Origin: an uncultured Erysipelotrichaceae bacterium
Lineage (GTDB): Bacteria; Bacillota_I; Bacilli_A; Erysipelotrichales; Erysipelotrichaceae
Length of the DNA stretch: 32,000 nucleotides
Assembly: GCA_942492995.1 (NCBI GenBank)
Contig: OW818653.1
Span: 1,050,001 to 1,082,000, forward strand
Direction of reading: 5' to 3'
This document shows positions 24,204 through 32,000 of this stretch, in pieces; within the stretch, counting starts at the first letter, position 1, and every line of letters begins with the position of its first letter. The position numbers were made by a program, and so were the translations under genes. The notes under the pieces were generated by a model. That model made no database searches and was not told where the DNA came from. It worked only from the letters and a program-made list of their open reading frames with translations.

Positions 24204-25177
24204 AAATTGCGATTGTTGGCGCAACCGGTATGGTTGGTCAAAGCTTTATTAAAGTTCTTGAAGAATATCAATTACCCATTGATACGATTACATTTCTTGC
24301 GTCTAAACGAACTGCTGGTCAATTGGTACAGTTCAATCAAAAAAGTTATGTGATTGAAGAATTAACGGAACATAGTTTTGATCGTGGATATGATTATGCA
24401 CTATTCTCTGCAGGTGGTTCTGTAAGTGAAATATATGCGCCTATTGCCGCAAAACATGGATGTATTGTGGTTGATAATAGTAGTTTTTGGCGTATGCATA
24501 AAGAAGTTCCATTGATTGTGCCTGAGATTAACTTTGAATCACTGGAAATACCTTTGAACATTATCGCAAATCCTAATTGTTCGACAATTCAATCGGTTTT
24601 ACCATTAAACGCATTAAAGTCATTAGGATTGAAACGTATTGTATATACAACCTATCAAGCCGTATCTGGATCTGGATATAAAGGTGTATTGGATTTGAAT
24701 CGTAATTTGAATAAAGAAGAATCAACTTTCTATCCTAAACAAATCTTACATAATGTGATTCCTCAAATCGATGTTTTCTTAGAGAATGGTAACACCAAAG
24801 AAGAAGAAAAGATGATAAAGGAAACTCAAAAGATACTAAATCTTCCTGAATTAAAAATAAGCGCAACATGTGTACGTGTACCAGTATTTAATGGTCATAG
24901 TGTTGCGATAAATGTAGAATTTGAACATGATTTTACACTAGATGAAGTTTATACATTACTTAGCACTCAAGATGGATTAAAAGTATGGAAAGATGATTAC
25001 CCTACTGCACTCGATGTAAGTGGACAGGATGATGTTTATGTTGGACGTATACGTAGAGATGATTCAGTACCGTATGGATTAAATTTATGGGTTGTTGGAG
25101 ATAATATACGTAAAGGAGCTGCTTCGAATGCGGTCCAAATCGTTAAGAAATTAATGGAGGTACAACATGTTATTTAG
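24200..25177 (+). CDS. asd: Aspartate-semialdehyde dehydrogenase
   Basis: ORF 24176-25177. The likely start is MKIAIVGATGMVGQ at 24200 (ATGA overlap with dapF). The active-site motif NPNCSTIQ is present. Confidence 0.9.
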   Translation: MKIAIVGATGMVGQSFIKVLEEYQLPIDTITFLASKRTAGQLVQFNQKSYVIEELTEHSFDRGYDYALFSAGGSVSEIYAPIAAKHGCIVVDNSSFWRMHKEVPLIVPEINFESLEIPLNIIANPNCSTIQSVLPLNALKSLGLKRIVYTTYQAVSGSGYKGVLDLNRNLNKEESTFYPKQILHNVIPQIDVFLENGNTKEEEKMIKETQKILNLPELKISATCVRVPVFNGHSVAINVEFEHDFTLDEVYTLLSTQDGLKVWKDDYPTALDVSGQDDVYVGRIRRDDSVPYGLNLWVVGDNIRKGAASNAVQIVKKLMEVQHVI

Positions 25178-26042
25178 AGGATCTGGAGTGGCGTTAGTAA
25201 CGCCGTTTAATGAAGATGGGATTAACTTTAAGGTACTGAAAGAACTAATTGAATGGCATATATCATCTGGTACACAAGCATTAATAATTATGGGTACTAC
25301 GGGTGAAGGTGCGACACTTAGACAAAGTGAAAAGCTGGATTTGTTTGAAAAAGCATTAGAGTACGCAAAAGGTCGGATTACCATGATTGCGAATACTGGT
25401 TCAAATGATACACAAGCATCCATTGAACTTTCCTTAATTGCACGTGATATGGGATATGATGGTTTACTCTTAGTTTGTCCATACTACAACAAACCAACTC
25501 AACGTGGTTTAATTGCACATTTTACCGCAATAGCGAATGAAGTAAATATTCCAATAATTCTATACAATGTGCCAAGTCGTACAGGTGTAAATCTAAGTGT
25601 TGAAGCGTGTACAGAACTATCGAAACACCCAAATATCATTGGAATTAAAGAAGCGAGTCATGATTTATTACAGATTGAACAGATAATTGAACAATGTGAT
25701 AAAGACTTTACTGTTTACTCAGGCAATGATGATCAAAATTTGGATATTTTAAAGTTAGGTGGGATGGGCATCATATCTGTCACCGCAAACATTGTCCCAA
25801 CTCGTTGCGCTCAACTCTGTGAAGCTTTCATTGATGGTAAGTTGTTAGTCGCACAAGAAATTCAAACAAGTTTGGCGACATTAAATGATGTGTTATTTAT
25901 AGAAAGTAATCCAGTTCCAGTTAAATCAGCACTTAACTTGATGGGTAAAAATGTTGGACCTTGTCGATTGCCATTAGTTCATCTTGAACAAGAACATACT
26001 GAACGTTTGATTGAAGTCTTACAAGAAGAGAATTTGATATGA
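25167..26042 (+). CDS. dapA: 4-hydroxy-tetrahydrodipicolinate synthase
   Basis: It has GVALVTPF, GTTGEGATL, YNVPSRTG and the Schiff-base lysine region IGIKEAS. A GGAGG Shine-Dalgarno lies inside the asd 3' end (11-nt overlap). Confidence 0.9.
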   Translation: MLFRGSGVALVTPFNEDGINFKVLKELIEWHISSGTQALIIMGTTGEGATLRQSEKLDLFEKALEYAKGRITMIANTGSNDTQASIELSLIARDMGYDGLLLVCPYYNKPTQRGLIAHFTAIANEVNIPIILYNVPSRTGVNLSVEACTELSKHPNIIGIKEASHDLLQIEQIIEQCDKDFTVYSGNDDQNLDILKLGGMGIISVTANIVPTRCAQLCEAFIDGKLLVAQEIQTSLATLNDVLFIESNPVPVKSALNLMGKNVGPCRLPLVHLEQEHTERLIEVLQEENLI

Positions 26043-26746
26043 AACTCTGTATTATCGGAATAAACGGAAAAATGGGGTTAGAACTTCAAAAAGTATTAAA
26101 GAATGATCCAGATATCGAATATTTTGGGGTTTCGAGGACATCAAGTGATACAAGTTACACATCTATTATGGATTGTCCAAAGATGGATGTTATCTGTGAC
26201 TTTGCGAGTGTAGAAGCACTCGATACGTATTTGCCATATGCGATTGAACATCAAATACCCTGTGTTATTGCGACTACAGGTTATTCATTAGACCAAGAGA
26301 ATCAAATCGAACGTGCAAGTGAACTTATACCTATATTTAAAAGTGCTAATTTCTCATTTGGTGTGTTTGTATTAAATAAGTTATTAGCTCAAACTGTTAA
26401 ATATTTTGAGAATGATTATGAAATGGATGTGTTTGATGCGCATCATAAATTTAAAAAAGATTCACCAAGTGGTACTGCAAAACAATTACTTCAAACAATA
26501 AATGCGAATTCTACTCAAACCTATACGTTTGGGAATGAAAGAGATAATGGAGTTATTCCATTACACGTTATTCGTGCTGGAAATATTGTTGGGGATCATT
26601 CAATTCTATTTAGTAATTTATCAGAACAGATAGAGATTAAGCATCATGCATTATCAAAGTCAGTGTTTGCGGAAGGTGCCTTACGTGCATGTCGATTTAT
26701 ACTTGATAAGAAGAATGGGTATTATACAATGGAGGATTTAATCTAA
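26039..26746 (+). CDS. dapB: 4-hydroxy-tetrahydrodipicolinate reductase
   Basis: 235 aa. It has an N-terminal GINGKMG dinucleotide fold and the signature [15 protein letters not shown]. Its start overlaps the dapA stop (ATGA). Confidence 0.85.
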   Translation: MKLCIIGINGKMGLELQKVLKNDPDIEYFGVSRTSSDTSYTSIMDCPKMDVICDFASVEALDTYLPYAIEHQIPCVIATTGYSLDQENQIERASELIPIFKSANFSFGVFVLNKLLAQTVKYFENDYEMDVFDAHHKFKKDSPSGTAKQLLQTINANSTQTYTFGNERDNGVIPLHVIRAGNIVGDHSILFSNLSEQIEIKHHALSKSVFAEGALRACRFILDKKNGYYTMEDLI

Positions 26747-27453
26747 TGGAACAATTTCTACAAGATCCGTATGCGATTGCCGCATACATTAAACAAGCTG
26801 AGAAGAAAACACCCATTAAGCTTTATATTAATGGTCAATTTAAAGATATTACGTTTGATGGAGTAAAGAGTTTTGGGGATGATTATCATAAAATAATATT
26901 TGGTGATATCGCACAAATTGATACACTTCTGGAATCATATAAGGATGTGATATCAGATTACGTTATTGAATATGATCGACGTAATAGTGCAATTCCCCTA
27001 CTTGATACAACGCATATTAAAGCACGTATTGAACCAGGTTCTTTTATTCGTGAATTCGTAACGATTGGTCAGAATGCGGTCATTATGATGGGAGCGGTGA
27101 TAAACATTGGGGCTGTCATTGGAGATGGCACAATGATTGATATGAATGCGGTTGTTGGGGCAAGAGGAATTATTGGGAAGAACTGTCATATTGGGGCTGG
27201 AGCGGTTGTGGCTGGAGTGTTAGAACCACCAAGTAAAACACCAGTAATCATTGAAGATAATGTCTTAGTTGGGGCGAATGCGGTTATTCTAGAAGGTGTT
27301 CGTGTAGGTCAAGGAAGTGTTGTGGCAGCTGGGGCAATCGTTATTGAAGATGTACCAAGTGGCGTTGTTGTGGCGGGATCACCTGCTAGAATTATTAAGA
27401 TGAAGGATGCGAAAACAGAATCGAAAACAGAAATTCTTAAGGATTTGCGCTAA
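26746..27453 (+). CDS. dapH: 2,3,4,5-tetrahydropyridine-2,6-dicarboxylate N-acetyltransferase
   Basis: 235 aa. It is collinear with B. subtilis DapH/YkuQ as I recall it ([19 protein letters not shown], hexapeptide repeats, [32 protein letters not shown]). TAATG overlap with dapB. Confidence 0.9.
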   Translation: MEQFLQDPYAIAAYIKQAEKKTPIKLYINGQFKDITFDGVKSFGDDYHKIIFGDIAQIDTLLESYKDVISDYVIEYDRRNSAIPLLDTTHIKARIEPGSFIREFVTIGQNAVIMMGAVINIGAVIGDGTMIDMNAVVGARGIIGKNCHIGAGAVVAGVLEPPSKTPVIIEDNVLVGANAVILEGVRVGQGSVVAAGAIVIEDVPSGVVVAGSPARIIKMKDAKTESKTEILKDLR

Positions 27454-28577
27454 TGTTAGATTATTTAACCTCAAAACGTCGTGATTTACATCAAATTCCA
27501 GAGATAGGATTTGAATGTACCTTAACATCAACGTATATCCAAAATGAACTAATTGCGATGGGTTATTCGCCTCTTGTGATGGCTAAAACAGGAGTAATTG
27601 TATTTAAACAAGGTAAAACCAACACAACAATTGGGTACAGAGCTGATATGGATGGATTAAGTGTTAAAGAAGAATCAGGTGTAGATTTTGCGTCTAAACA
27701 CTTAAGTAATATGCATGCTTGTGGTCATGATGGCCATATGGCGATGTTACTTGGGTTTGCGAAATATTGTGCAGATAAAGAATTTAATGTGTCTATTCTA
27801 TTCATTTTTCAACCTGCTGAAGAAGGACCAGGTGGAGCTAAAGTCTTAATCGATGAAGGCTTATTTAAAACCTATCCAACCCATGCATTATTTGGATTAC
27901 ATTTATACCCTAATTTAACACAAGGTAAACTCGCTTTAATAAATGGACCGATGATGGCACAAACCAATGAATTTGATTGTATCATTCATGGAAAAAGTGC
28001 TCATGGAGCTCAACCTCATTTAGGTGTTGATGCGATTGTTTTACAGGCAGAAATTATTCAAGCTTTTCAAGCGATAGTATCGCGATCTGTCAATCCATTA
28101 GAACCAGCAGTCCTTACGGTTGGGACAATTCATGGTGGAGAAGCACGTAATATCATTGCACAAAAAGTTACGCTTGAGGGAACCATTCGATGTTTCAATC
28201 CAGACGTATTTAATACGATTCAATCACGTATGCTTGAACTGACTCAAGCTTTATCACAGCGCGAAGATTGTTCAATTGAACTTAACTTCAAATCAAGTTA
28301 TCCACCGGTTATCAATCCTAAACATCTCTATGATTTAACCAATGAATTATTGAATGAAAGTGAAAAAGAAGTAATTCAACCGATGATGTTTGCGGAAGAC
28401 TTTAGTTTCTATCAAAAAGAAGTTCCTGCTTTTTTTGCGATGTTAGGGTCACGTAATGAGTCAAAAGAATTTATTTATCCATTACATTCTTGTTACTTTA
28501 ATTTTGATGAATCGGTCTTAGAAATCGGTGTAAATTATTATATTCGTATCTTAGAGCACTATAATTCTAAGGAATAG
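27453..28577 (+). CDS. N-acetyldiaminopimelate deacetylase (M20 amidohydrolase, YkuR/DapEL-like)
   Basis: 374 aa with M20 metal-binding motifs (MHACGHDGH, FQPAEEGPGGA). It sits directly after dapH, as in Bacillus. TAATG overlap. Confidence 0.8.
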   Translation: MLDYLTSKRRDLHQIPEIGFECTLTSTYIQNELIAMGYSPLVMAKTGVIVFKQGKTNTTIGYRADMDGLSVKEESGVDFASKHLSNMHACGHDGHMAMLLGFAKYCADKEFNVSILFIFQPAEEGPGGAKVLIDEGLFKTYPTHALFGLHLYPNLTQGKLALINGPMMAQTNEFDCIIHGKSAHGAQPHLGVDAIVLQAEIIQAFQAIVSRSVNPLEPAVLTVGTIHGGEARNIIAQKVTLEGTIRCFNPDVFNTIQSRMLELTQALSQREDCSIELNFKSSYPPVINPKHLYDLTNELLNESEKEVIQPMMFAEDFSFYQKEVPAFFAMLGSRNESKEFIYPLHSCYFNFDESVLEIGVNYYIRILEHYNSKE

Positions 28578-28632
28578 CTTAGTTTTTTAATGCATAATTG
28601 ATACTTTAGTGTAAAATAAACGTGGAGCCTAT

Positions 28633-30006
28633 TTGAAAATGAAAAGCGCAAAAAAAATTATTACTAAATTCCAAAATACCTTAGTCTTCCTTCTTAGTTT
28701 ATTTACCTATGTATCCTTAATGGGACTATTCTTCTGGATCTTCTCATTTGCTTATCCTGAAATAATTATGGCAACTCGAGAAGCAGCAGTCACAAGCATT
28801 ACGTTCGTAATTACCTTTTTATTTATGTTAAATGCCTATGGTGGATTGGATGTAGGAGAAAAACAAACTCGTCAAATCGTATATTCTATGATGATTGTTG
28901 TATTCTTCTCTGATATCTTTACCTATTTAGTCATCCAAATTACAAATCCTAGTATCTGGAATATTTGGCAATTCGGATTCTTTAGTTTAAGACGTCTATT
29001 ATTTACGTTCGTTGTTCAAATCTTATTTATTATCGCTATGTCTTATATTAGTAATCGTATCTTCTTTTATTTAAATCCACCAAGAAAAACATATGTGATT
29101 TATGGTGCGAATAAACGACCTAATAAATTAATTCATAAACTACAAAAACAAGTTTATAAATATAAGATTAACTTAGTTACAAGTGATTTGAATAAGGAAC
29201 AAGTCTTTAAGGATATCTTGAATAATGATGTGATCGTACTCTATAACATACTAAAAGAAGATCGTATTGTGTTTACTGAGTTCTGTTATAAACATAAAAA
29301 AATGGTACTATTCAATGCCGAAATCATGGATGTCGTTGAATTTAGATCACGTCATACATTAGTGGATGATATCTCCCTTTTCTCAACAAACATTAGTGAC
29401 TTCTCAATTGAAGATCGTATCCTAAAACGGATGTTAGATATTCTTGTATCACTGATTGGATTAATACTTACTTCTCCTTTCTGGGCAATCTTCGCACTTC
29501 TTATATATCTAGAAGATAAAGGTCCTGTGTTCTTTACCCAAAAGCGCATGACAAAGAATAATCGTGAATTTAACATTATTAAATTTAGAACAATGAAAGT
29601 GAATGTTGAGAATCGATCTGCCACTAAGAATGATGATCGTATCACTAAGATTGGTCATATTTTACGCAAAATACGGATGGATGAATTACCACAAATTCTT
29701 AATATCTTGATTGGCGATATGTCTGTTGTTGGACCACGTCCTGAGATGTTAGAGAATGTCGTCGCATATACACAAGAAATGCCTGAGTTTGATTTAAGAC
29801 TAAGAGTTAAAGCAGGTTTAACTGGATATGCACAAATATATGGGAAGTATAATACAACTCCAAAAGATAAATTAATTCTTGATTTAATGTATATTGAGAA
29901 TTACAGTATTTTCTTAGATATTAAATTAATCTTACAAACTGTCATGGTTTTCTTAAAAATCGATGATAGTACAGAAGGTTTTGATGAAGAAGATGACACA
30001 CATTAA
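28633..30006 (+). CDS. Polyprenyl-phosphate sugar phosphotransferase (WbaP/CpsE/EpsL-type priming glycosyltransferase)
   Basis: It has four N-terminal TM segments and a central domain. The C-terminal bacterial sugar-transferase domain reads KRMLDILVSLIGLI...PVFFTQKRMTKNNREFNIIKFRTM...MDELPQILNILIGDMSVVGPRPE. The start is either TTG at 28633 or ATG at 28639. Confidence 0.85.
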   Translation: MKMKSAKKIITKFQNTLVFLLSLFTYVSLMGLFFWIFSFAYPEIIMATREAAVTSITFVITFLFMLNAYGGLDVGEKQTRQIVYSMMIVVFFSDIFTYLVIQITNPSIWNIWQFGFFSLRRLLFTFVVQILFIIAMSYISNRIFFYLNPPRKTYVIYGANKRPNKLIHKLQKQVYKYKINLVTSDLNKEQVFKDILNNDVIVLYNILKEDRIVFTEFCYKHKKMVLFNAEIMDVVEFRSRHTLVDDISLFSTNISDFSIEDRILKRMLDILVSLIGLILTSPFWAIFALLIYLEDKGPVFFTQKRMTKNNREFNIIKFRTMKVNVENRSATKNDDRITKIGHILRKIRMDELPQILNILIGDMSVVGPRPEMLENVVAYTQEMPEFDLRLRVKAGLTGYAQIYGKYNTTPKDKLILDLMYIENYSIFLDIKLILQTVMVFLKIDDSTEGFDEEDDTH

Positions 30007-30027
30007 GTTCAATGTGTGTTTTTATTT
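29996..30027 (+). terminator. Hairpin plus T-run overlapping the stop codon of the priming transferase
   Basis: ACACACATT-aagttc-AATGTGTGT (9 bp) followed by TTTTTATTT. Confidence 0.65.
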
Positions 30028-30029
30028 AG

Positions 30030-30035
30030 TATAAT
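30030..30035 (+). promoter_or_regulatory. Perfect TATAAT hexamer 6 nt upstream of the Alg14-like ATG (possible leaderless promoter)
   Basis: The sequence is TATAATagaaacATG. There is no Shine-Dalgarno between the hexamer and the start. The hexamer at the 17-bp spacing is weak (GTTCAA). Confidence 0.35.
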
Positions 30036-30041
30036 AGAAAC

Positions 30042-30512
30042 ATGAAACGTGTAGTATTTATAGCCTCTACTGGCGGACATCTTAATGAACTCTTACAATT
30101 AAGAGAACTTTTTCAATTTTATGATTATCAAATTATTACTGAAGGTGGACCAAGTACAGCTCATTTAAAAGCGAAGTATCCAAATCATGTCCATTATCTT
30201 TTATTTGGATCGAAGGAACATTTATTTACGTATATCTTCAAGTTTATTATGAATACTTTCATTTCACTTATTTATGTACTTCGATTTAGACCACATTTTA
30301 TCGTATCAACCGGTACACATACTGCAGTACCATTTTGTTATATCGGGAAATTGTTTGGATCTAAGATTATTTATATCGAAACATTTGCGAATGTTTATCA
30401 TGGTAATTTAGCTGGTAAGTTAATCTATCCGATTGTGGATGAATATCTAATCCAATGGGAAGATTTGAAAACAGTTTATCCTAAAGCTAAGTATGTAGGA
30501 AAAATTTTCTAA
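30042..30512 (+). CDS. Alg14-like glycosyltransferase membrane/accessory subunit (PssD/Cps14F-like)
   Basis: 156 aa. It has an N-terminal VVFIASTGGHLNELLQL motif and a central hydrophobic segment. It is encoded close to an Alg13-like gene. Confidence 0.7.
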   Translation: MKRVVFIASTGGHLNELLQLRELFQFYDYQIITEGGPSTAHLKAKYPNHVHYLLFGSKEHLFTYIFKFIMNTFISLIYVLRFRPHFIVSTGTHTAVPFCYIGKLFGSKIIYIETFANVYHGNLAGKLIYPIVDEYLIQWEDLKTVYPKAKYVGKIF

Positions 30513-31675
30513 TGAAAAAGAAACTATTATTTGTGAATGATGAAATGGTTATGGGTGGCGTTGCACGAATATTATGTAACGTTTTAAATCGTTTTGATTT
30601 GAATGAATATGATATTGATGTATTGATATTACATCCACATGGTGAGTTATTAAATGATCTTCCAGCAGGGATTAATCGCTTAGAATCGAGTCCATTATTT
30701 AATGCGGTTGATGTTAATCTAAGAACTGCAATTTCGCAAAAGAAATGGAACGATGTGTTTAATAAAGTTATCTTCTTGTTTTATATGAAAACAGGTTTAA
30801 TAAATTCGTTAATACGAAACGTACGTAAACGAATTATACATAAGACGTATGATATTGAAATTGCCGCAAAAGAAGGATTCTGTACGATATTTGTGGCGAA
30901 TGGTGATTCTAAACGCAAAGTAAATTGGATACATATTGATTATAGTGCAGTAAATTATTCTGTTCATCATATGGCTATTATGAAATCCGCTTTAAGTAAA
31001 ATCGATATCAATATTGCGGTATCTAAGCGTTCAAAAGACGCATTTACTCAATTATTTGGAGTAAGTAATATTGTATCGATAAGAAATCTAATGGATATTT
31101 CTGGGCTTAAAGAGAAATCACTTGAACCATGTGAAATAAAATATGATGAAGATTGTTTTAACCTTGTTAGTGTTGGTCGGTTCCATGTTCAAAAGGCAAT
31201 GGATCGTTTAGTTTATGCGATGGTTGAATTAAAGGAAGCGAATATTAAATCACACCTTTATTTAGTTGGGGATGGTGAATTAAAAGAAAAATGTGAAGCA
31301 TTAGCATTTTCTTTGAATGTTAATGACTTAATTACATTTACGGGTAGTAAACGTAATCCTATGCCATATATAAAACAAGCTGATTTATTTGTATTACCAT
31401 CTTTGTATGAAGGTTATCCAACAACAATTATTGAATCATTTTTTGCGGGTACACCTGTTCTATCGTGTGATGTCTCTGGTGTTCATGAACAAATAACAGA
31501 GAATGTGAATGGTTGGATTGTGGATAATAAATTAGAGTCAATTACTGAAAAACTTGTAGAAATTGGTAGAAACCAAGCACAATTAGTTGAAATGAGAAAA
31601 TCATTAGTGAATTATACATATGATAATGAAATTATCTTCAATGAATTCTTAAGTACAATCGAGGGAGAAAAATGA
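30512..31675 (+). CDS. Glycosyltransferase family 4 (GT-B, Glycos_transf_1 domain)
   Basis: 387 aa. The C-terminal motifs are VGRFHVQKAMDRL, LVGDGELKE and LPSLYEGYPTTIIESFFAGTPVL. TAATG overlap with the upstream gene. Confidence 0.85.
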   Translation: MKKKLLFVNDEMVMGGVARILCNVLNRFDLNEYDIDVLILHPHGELLNDLPAGINRLESSPLFNAVDVNLRTAISQKKWNDVFNKVIFLFYMKTGLINSLIRNVRKRIIHKTYDIEIAAKEGFCTIFVANGDSKRKVNWIHIDYSAVNYSVHHMAIMKSALSKIDINIAVSKRSKDAFTQLFGVSNIVSIRNLMDISGLKEKSLEPCEIKYDEDCFNLVSVGRFHVQKAMDRLVYAMVELKEANIKSHLYLVGDGELKEKCEALAFSLNVNDLITFTGSKRNPMPYIKQADLFVLPSLYEGYPTTIIESFFAGTPVLSCDVSGVHEQITENVNGWIVDNKLESITEKLVEIGRNQAQLVEMRKSLVNYTYDNEIIFNEFLSTIEGEK

Positions 31676-32000
31676 TACTTGTAACACTTGGTACACAAGA
31701 TAAATCTTTTGTACGATTACTATCCGCATTAGAAGATCAAATTAATAAAGGTGAGATTATTGAAGAAATTATAGTGCAATCAGGGTTTACCCAATTTGAT
31801 AGTAAACATATGACGCTTATCCCCTACTTTTCACAAGATGAACTTGATGCATATCGTAAGAACGCATCATTAATTATTACCCATGGTGGTGTTGGAAGTA
31901 TTTTAGATGGATTAAAATATGAAAAGAAAATTATTGGTTGTGCACGTTTGAAACAGTATAAAGAACACATCAATGATCATCAAGTTGAGATTTGCGAGCA
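31672..32000 (+). CDS. Alg13-like glycosyltransferase catalytic subunit (Glyco_tran_28_C, PssE/Cps14G-like), 3' end outside the window
   Basis: The frame stays open from the ATG at 31672 (ATGA overlap with the GT4 stop) to the window end. It reads MILVTLGTQDKSFVRLLSALEDQ...IITHGGVGSILDGL...EHINDHQVEICE. It is not in the ORF track because no stop is reached. Confidence 0.75.
   Translation, partial: MILVTLGTQDKSFVRLLSALEDQINKGEIIEEIIVQSGFTQFDSKHMTLIPYFSQDELDAYRKNASLIITHGGVGSILDGLKYEKKIIGCARLKQYKEHINDHQVEICE

Noticed and set aside
1-32000. A search by eye for mobile elements, CRISPR arrays, tRNA/rRNA genes, toxin-antitoxin pairs and known defence genes.
   Set aside because: I saw no transposase, integrase or recombinase-like ORF. 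I saw no regularly spaced direct repeats and no tRNA-like or rRNA-like sequence. All intergenic gaps are under 280 nt and are accounted for by promoters, terminators or the riboswitch. A manual scan cannot exclude small RNAs.

Overview
This is an AT-rich (about one-third G+C by eye) chromosomal segment from a low-GC Gram-positive bacterium. The gene content and the acetylase (DapH) branch of DAP/lysine synthesis fit Bacilli or Erysipelotrichia-like organisms. I cannot name the species without a database search. Every gene left of about 14.3 kb is on the minus strand and every gene right of it is on the plus strand.

Left arm, transcribed leftwards:
- A three-gene sugar-sensor module: CheY-AraC regulator, YesM-type histidine kinase and an MglB-like lipoprotein.
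- An mglBAC-type galactose/glucose ABC importer.
- An aldo-keto reductase and a Cof-type HAD phosphatase.
- Two small membrane proteins.
- An NfeD-SPFH pair.
- A GNAT acetyltransferase.
- A GH4 6-phospho-beta-glucosidase.
- The 5' end of an rpiR-type regulator gene.

Right arm:
- A galM and galK-like pair.
- A DUF1905-like gene plus an SDR gene.
- A second GH4 6-phospho-beta-glucosidase, inverted relative to the first.
- An M23 peptidase.
- A lysine (L-box) riboswitch followed by eight overlapping lysine/DAP genes (lysA, aspartate kinase, dapF, asd, dapA, dapB, dapH, N-acetyl-DAP deacetylase).
- The start of an exopolysaccharide/capsule locus: priming phosphotransferase, Alg14-like, GT4 and Alg13-like genes.

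I saw no transposase, integrase, CRISPR array, tRNA/rRNA or recognisable defence gene. I did not find a convincing wholly new gene system, and the window is mostly ordinary metabolism. The observations most worth follow-up are:
1. The inverted GH4 paralogs, whose promoters and first 172 codons look homogenised. They bracket a 16-kb segment.
2. An L-box that seems to lack the distal parts of both P2 and P3.
3. The binding-protein-dependent three-component sensor next to mglBAC.
4. A possibly leaderless, split Alg14/GT4/Alg13 module.

All family assignments come from remembered motifs and reference sequences, not from searches.
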